Shown here in pieces: positions 58,903 through 64,000 of a DNA stretch of 64,000 nt. Source of the stretch: Anthoceros angustus (Eukaryota; Plantae; Anthocerotophyta); NCBI GenBank assembly GCA_010909165.1, contig VJWM01000209.1, positions 269,411-333,410 on the forward strand, read 5' to 3'. Made by a program: the position numbers and the translations under genes. The notes beneath the pieces were generated by a model that worked only from the letters and a program-made list of their open reading frames with translations, did no database searches and was not told where the DNA came from. Position 1 is the first letter of the stretch, and each line of letters begins with the position of its first letter.

Positions 58903-60361
58903 AGGACCTCCTTGGGACCACAGACCCCTCCTTGGGCCACAGACCCCTCCTTGGGCCACCACGGCCCCTCCTCTTCCTGAGACCTCACCTTGGGCCACAG
59001 ACCCCTCCTTGGGCCTGACCCCTCCTTGGATTAGAATCTGGTTACATTGGGAAAGTTAAAAACTGGTCGGCTCCACAGGCGATCACCAGCGATCTCACCC
59101 GGTCCCTAAATTTTCCTCTCCTCACCACTAGTCATCTCGGGGAGCTTGGTCACTCGGCTCTCGACCATCCAGGATCTCCCGGCCCTCTTGTGAGAGGGCG
59201 GCTGCGAATCAGCCCGTCATCGGTCGGACGTCTCCAACCAACCACGCACACAAATTCGACACACGGGAGCTCACACATGAAATTGTCTAACGAGAGAGAC
59301 GCGAAGGGTTCTCTTGTACATCCGGCCGCGGAGCGCCAGAACTCACTTTTCCAATGTCTAAAGATGGCTAACCTACCTCCAGTATCTAAAGATGGCTAAC
59401 CTACCACGAGCGCGCCTACCAATTCGGGTATCTATAGGTTCACAGGCTTTTCTAACACCTTATCCTCTAATCCAAGTGAAAGCCCCTGACCTATGATGCG
59501 CCCCTCTAAAATCAGCCCGCTCATTATTCTTTGCCTAGCCTTACTGACCCATGGTTATTCCCTGCTCTCCTACCGCCTCGATCCAAAGATTCTCCCTTAA
59601 TACCTCCACCTCACTTGCGCTATCAGGGTCCTCTCACTCCTGCAAGGAGGTGCGCCCGTCTCGCAGCGCGTTGCCTCGCCTTCATCTGGACAGCCAAATA
59701 GTCGTTCCTCCATCCACGCTCTAGCCTCATCTCTCTTCGCTTATACCTCGCTAGCTTCTTGAACTTCTCGGAGGTGCAGCGTCTCCACTTGTTCTGAGCG
59801 TGAAATTTCATTAGCTCCTCATTCGTCATGTATCCTTCACTTAACTGCTGCGGTCCACCGTTGCGAACTTGGCTGGCCTTGAAATCTCAGTCACAGTACC
59901 AAGGTCGGTCTTCTTCAAGTGCGCTCCAACTCTTGTGCTCAGCTCACTTATCAGCCCCGGCCCATAACTAGGGTTGTTATCTCCCACAGCTGTATCTATC
60001 GTTCCATATTGACCACCGTTGTGGAACTAGCCACCTCCACTTCCTGCGCCTTTTCTTGAATGAAGGATCCCCCACCTTATATAGACAATTTTATTCTTAA
60101 AAATCCCAAGGTCGGACCTTCTAGCCTGGCCTGACATTCACAGGTTCGAGGTTCAAGGACTAAAAAGTAATATTGTCATGGGCCAAGGACCACTTTTACT
60201 GTAAAAGGCCTTGCCTCGGACATTTCCTAAGCACTCCAGGTTCGAGGTCCAAGGACAAAACATAAGAAAAACAAAAAAGAACATTCAAACCAACAGTCCA
60301 GGGGAGGGTTAGTGTACATGTGGTCTTCCACAGCCGCACACAAAATCTCTAGGCAGCGAGC

Positions 60362-60369
60362 TTAAATAG
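60362..60369 (-). promoter_or_regulatory. Possible TATA box of the giant CACTA Tnp2 transcript
   Basis: CTATTTAA on the minus strand about 350 bp inside the right TIR and upstream of Tnp2 once Z is removed. Motif plus position only. Confidence 0.25.
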
Positions 60370-60721
60370 TGCAGGGCCCCCACCAGAATCGACAAGCTGG
60401 CTGGCCCCAGCAGCAGGGCGGGATGCTCACCAGCATCGGACGGACATCCGGGCCTTGAGTTTGGGCTCTGACGGCTTGTTACAATTATGGTTGCACCTTT
60501 GGAAATGGTCGCGATAAAGCGTCTTGGCCGGTGTCAGGAAGTATTTTGGCATGGATGGAATGCAATGGTTGCGTGTTTCCTAGGTCCACGGTTAAGGTGC
60601 CTGCGTTTTGCGATACATGGTGGGCACGTCATTCTTGGTCTGGATGTCATCACGAAACTATCTCACGGGAAAGGCGTGGGCGGGGCGTCGTTGCGTCTTA
60701 TTGCGGTGCATTGTTGTAGTG

Positions 60722-63700
60722 TCGGGATTGCACGAAGAGCAAATGCGTGTTTGACAACAGCGTCAACAAGGGCTACTTGACAAGAAAGTTCTACAATCTT
60801 GAATGGCGGTCGAGAATCCGTTGAGCACTTCATAAACACCTTTATGAACCTCAAGGATGCGGTGGAACTTCGCAGGCACCATGTCGACCATGATGCCTGC
60901 AGATGCTCCAATCCATGCCACCCTCGTAGTCTTTGGTCATGACAAGGCGCCAACCCAGGCCCTGGATGAGACAATTGCTGTTGTTAAAGCAAGAGGAGCA
61001 GCGCCGCAAAGGTGATCCTCCGTGTCTAAGGGCATAGCCCTCTATAATCTTGTCGGAAGATGTCGGGCCCCTTTAGGACGTCCTTGAGGCTTCCCTAGCG
61101 AGGGGGACACCCCTCCATAAAACCCTAATGAAAGCGAAAGCAAGGACTTGCTTACCGCAAGTTGGCTGGTCACTACATACGTGATCATGCAAGAGGCTTG
61201 CGGACATGAAGAATCAATCTTCCGAGCGCCACCCATGGTGCCCGCCTTCGATGTTTGCTTGAACGACACCTTGGATTCTTTGCCGGTTCATCGACTGAGC
61301 GACTCAAAGACATGACCGGGCATGAGAGTGGTTTGTCTCTTTTCACCCTAACACTGTCGAGAGTTATGTGTATCTCGATGACGATTCCCGGCGTGCAATC
61401 CGAGGCATAGGTACTGTTGCTATTACCTTACCGATGTGTGAGAGAGCTCCACAATGTATTATTCGTTCCTCATTTGAGCAAGAATCTGCCTCTGGGCAAG
61501 CACTTGAGGCCGGCTTTACCTTTGTGTTTGCCCTAACAAGTGCTTTTTGATCAATCTAACTTGTGGCTACATGCCATGTTTGGTATTGTTTGTCTTAGGC
61601 ACGAGTCCCATTTTCATGAGCGAGATGTCCTCCAACAACGCAGGTGGGTACTTTGACTCATCCCAATAACTCATTTAGCCTTTGTGTCCTCACCATCTAG
61701 CAACTTGTGGCATTTCCGTTAGGCATGCAGTGCAGAGGATGAGAGCTTTTATCGCAACATGACTACGTGATAGGTTTCCATTGAGTCACATCTACCCAAG
61801 CCACGCCTTGGGCAAACAAAGAGAAAAATTCGCTGGTTCCCATAGAAGTCCTGAACCCCTAGGTCTAATCCATACATATCTTCTAGGCCCCATGCAGACC
61901 CCCTCCTTGCAGGGTTCGCTCTATCAAGTTACCTTTATTGATGACCACACCCGTTTTGGATGGGTGTATTATATGTCGGCCAAGTCAGACACATTTTCTA
62001 CTTTCTGCTCTTGGCAATCAGAAGTAGAAACTCAATCCAATAGAAAGGTCAAGATCCTTAGAAGTGATGGTGGTGGGGAGTTTAACAATGCTGCTTTCAA
62101 TCATCATTGTCTATTACATGGTATTACTAGACAGACTACTGTTCCCCATACACCTGAGCAGAATGAAGTCGCTGAAAGGCGCCATAGGACTCAAGTTGAG
62201 ATGGGTAGGTCCATGTTGAAGCATGCATCTCTCTCTAATCACTTTTGGGCTGAAGCTCTTAACACAGCAAACTACCTTCTGAATCGACTACCTACGAAGG
62301 CCGTCGAGGGGCTGACCCTGTTTGAAGCTTGGAGCAACCGTAAGCCTAACCTCAGTCATCTCCGTATTTTTGGATGTGCGGCCTATGTCCATGTTCCCAA
62401 GGCCCTTCGTAGGAAATTGGATTCTAAGTCTCAGGAAGGCATCTTACTCGGATATGGTGAAAGAGGCATCGTGTTGTTGGACTCTCAACGTCTCGTCTTT
62501 GCTCGTGAAGTTATTTTTAATGAGCAGCCGCTCTTAACCTCTCCTTTCATTGTGAAAGTATCTTCCTCGAGTGATGTATTTTCTCCAGATTCCACTCAGG
62601 GGGAGGACTTGAGCTTCTTGGGGGGAGGATGAGTGGGAGCTTTTATCACCTAGTCAAGCCCCAGAGCCAGCAGTTGTTGCCCAACTGCCAACTCCTCCAG
62701 TTGTGCCTGCGCTACCTGCGCCAATTCTTCCAGCTATGCTCTGCCTCACCTTGCCCATCGTGGCCTCACTCCACCAATTGCTCAACCTCCTGACCCCGTT
62801 TTGCCATCCAGCAGTAACACTACTGGTGATCAAGATGAACCTGTTTTTCCTTTTCCAGCTGAAGACGTTACTCACCCTCCGGACTTGCCTTTACCGGTGG
62901 AAGAGCCTCCTGCGCTTCGACGTTCCACAAGGCTAAGACAACCAAGCTGGAAAGTCCGAGACAATCTTGAACAAGCTTCATTCACTTGTAACGTTATCCA
63001 TTCTCCTCAGGAGGTACAGATTACCTCAAGTCCTCACTTGAGCGCCTCCCCAACAAAGCGCGCGGTTCTTACTTATGCTAAAGCATTCATGGCTTCACCG
63101 GATATCCAAGAGCCATCGAGTTATAAGGAGGCTATGTCTGGGCCGCAAGCATCCGAATGGAAAAAGGCAATCGATGACGAGTTCCAGTCACTCAAAGACA
63201 ATAAGACATGGCGTCTTTGTGAACTGCCTGAAGGACGTTCGGCCATGGGGAGTAAGTGGACATTTAAAATTAAGTATACAGCTGATGGCGCAATCGAGCG
63301 CTATAAGGCTCGCACAAGGTACACTCAAAGGGCAGTCTTGATTCGATTACGAGACCACCTCTTCTCTCCGGTTGTACAGATAAGTTCCCTTCGCACTATC
63401 TTGGCCCTAGCTACCATACATGATTGGGAAGTTGTCCAATTAGATGTCAAGACAACATTTTTGTACGGCCGCCTCAAGGAAGAAATTTACATGCGTCAAC
63501 CCGAGGCATACGAGGAGAAGGGGAAGGAGCATCTTGTATGCTTACTCTTAGGGAGTATTTATGGTCTTAAATAGTCCGCCATCAATTGGAATGAGTTGAT
63601 CAATGAGGTCCTCATTGAGTTTGGATTTGTTGAATGCCCATCCGACGGTAATGTCTACGTTCTTAGGTCTGGGACTGCGCTTGTCATCCTAGCTCTCTAT

Positions 63701-63921
63701 GTTGATGACTGCATTTTAGCTAGCAATGATAAGTTGGGCTTGCTAGCAAAGACCATTACCATGCTTAAGTCTAGATTTCGTATGGCCGATCTCGGGGATA
63801 TACATTATTGTATAGGCATGAAAGTTACTCGAAATCGACATGATAGGTGGTTACATTTAAGTCAAACTCAATATATTAAAAATACACTAACCAAGTTTAA
63901 CATGATTGAGTGTAAGACTGC
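60722..63921 (+). pseudogene. Copia-2 right arm: gag C-terminus, protease, integrase, RT
   Basis: YLTRKFYNL; VYLDDDSRRAIRGIGTV; 283 aa ORF 61781-62632 (YQVTFIDDHTRFGWVY...LRSDGGGEF...HTPEQNEVAERRHRT...HLRIFGC); EPSSYKEAMSG...W..AIDDEF.SLKDNKTW; VQLDVKTTFLYG; LYVDDC. Confidence 0.95.
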
Positions 63922-64000
63922 TGTGGTAGGGAGAGATCAGGCGCTCCCGGGTCACTCCACTATAACACCTATCCACGCCAAGCCGTCGTTGGGTTTCGTC
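63922..64000 (+). mobile_element. Start of another TGTGG-family (Y-like) element inserted in Copia-2 RT
   Basis: The RT frame ...MIECKTA breaks at TGTGGTAGGGAGAG...CACTATAAC...CGTTGGGTTTCGTC, homologous to the reverse complement of 48520-48609. Confidence 0.8.

Larger units (their letters stand above)
53862..59030. repeat. Minisatellite of about 19-22 bp (GACCCCTCCTTGGGCCAC(A)), split by Copia-3: about 53862-53973 and 58907-59030
   Basis: About five degenerate units on each side of the Copia insertion, with no unique spacers. Confidence 0.85.
50318..60330 (+). mobile_element. TGTGG-family element Z (native parts 50318-50741, 53668-53976, 58903-about 60330), hosting X2 and Copia-3
   Basis: Start TATGGAATGGGTGTTTGTGTCC...CCACATTTACCCTC aligns with the X1 start. 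The right end shares CCCCACCTTATATAGAC and GGCCAAGG.CA(T/C)TTTACT.TAAA..CC.TTGCCTC with the X1 right end; CGGACGTCTCCAACCA is shared internally. TSD not found; right end approximate. Confidence 0.7.
24063..60721 (-). mobile_element. Giant compound CACTA/EnSpm element (36.66 kb) carrying nested insertions
   Basis: Left TIR CACTACAACAATACA (24063); right TIR TGCATTGTTGTAGTG ending 60721 (14/15 match). 3 bp TSD TCT on the left and TC(-) on the right, with the T lost in a CTG context. Tnp2 pieces are collinear on the minus strand. Confidence 0.92.
23365..64000 (+). mobile_element. Ty1/copia element (Copia-2) split by the giant CACTA insertion; left arm 23365-24062, right arm 60722-63921, 3' end outside the window
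   Basis: PBS TGGTATCAAAGC at 23552-23563; gag FDGSNYPSWSRKIEVFLLREDLFSVVDG...VVRHLPTSKEV stops at the CACTA TIR and resumes (W)D...NKGYLTRKFYNL at 60722. The LTR start (TGTGAAAAACG at 23365) is tentative. Confidence 0.88.

Noticed and set aside
53862-59030. CRISPR-like repeat array
   Set aside because: Units are adjacent with no unique spacers, are degenerate, and sit in eukaryotic retroelement sequence.
60470-60483. TTGTTACA as the right end of element Z
   Set aside because: Homology with the X1 right end stops near 60320-60330, and no TSD matches at 60484.
1-64000. Most of the short supplied ORFs; tRNA or rRNA genes
   Set aside because: The ORFs are shadow frames of TE sequence. The only tRNA-related sequences are 12-13 nt primer-binding sites.

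Overview
Eukaryotic nuclear DNA that is almost entirely nested transposon debris. It is most likely from a non-seed land plant (inference from PLS-class PPR motifs, a plastid-type ABC1 kinase, delta-COP, short GT-AG introns and tRNA-iMet-type primer sites). I find no intact host gene, tRNA, rRNA or CRISPR array. Left to right: (1) 0.2-2.0 kb, two degenerate + strand coding remnants (BAH/Tudor-like; SAND-like). (2) 2.99-6.26 kb, a Copia internal fragment with a ~600 bp internal inversion, fused to a CACTA fragment (6.26-7.89 kb). (3) 9113-16401, a full-length minus-strand chromodomain Ty3/gypsy element with AATAC target-site duplication (TSD), unusual AGT...ACT ends and a 1.69 kb internal tandem duplication. 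(4) 16.8-21.6 kb, packed host pseudogene fragments (ABC1 kinase, delta-COP, PPR). (5) A Copia element starting at ~23.37 kb whose gag is split by a 36.7 kb CACTA insertion (24063-60721) and resumes at 60722. That CACTA has an ancestral core of roughly 7 kb, inflated by four multi-kb TGTGG-family solo-LTR-like elements, a 7.6 kb element with CCCTA ends, a third Copia, and tandem duplications. A fifth TGTGG-family copy starts at 63922. Important caveat: parts of the sequence show systematic CAG>CGG/CG and CTG>CCG/CG changes at invariant codons. This probably reflects long-read base-calling error over CHG-methylated DNA, so many frameshifts, and possibly some duplications, may be technical. The best candidates for something new are the ORF-carrying TGTGG solo-LTR-like family, the AGT...ACT gypsy element and the CCCTA-ended element; none is proven novel without database searches.
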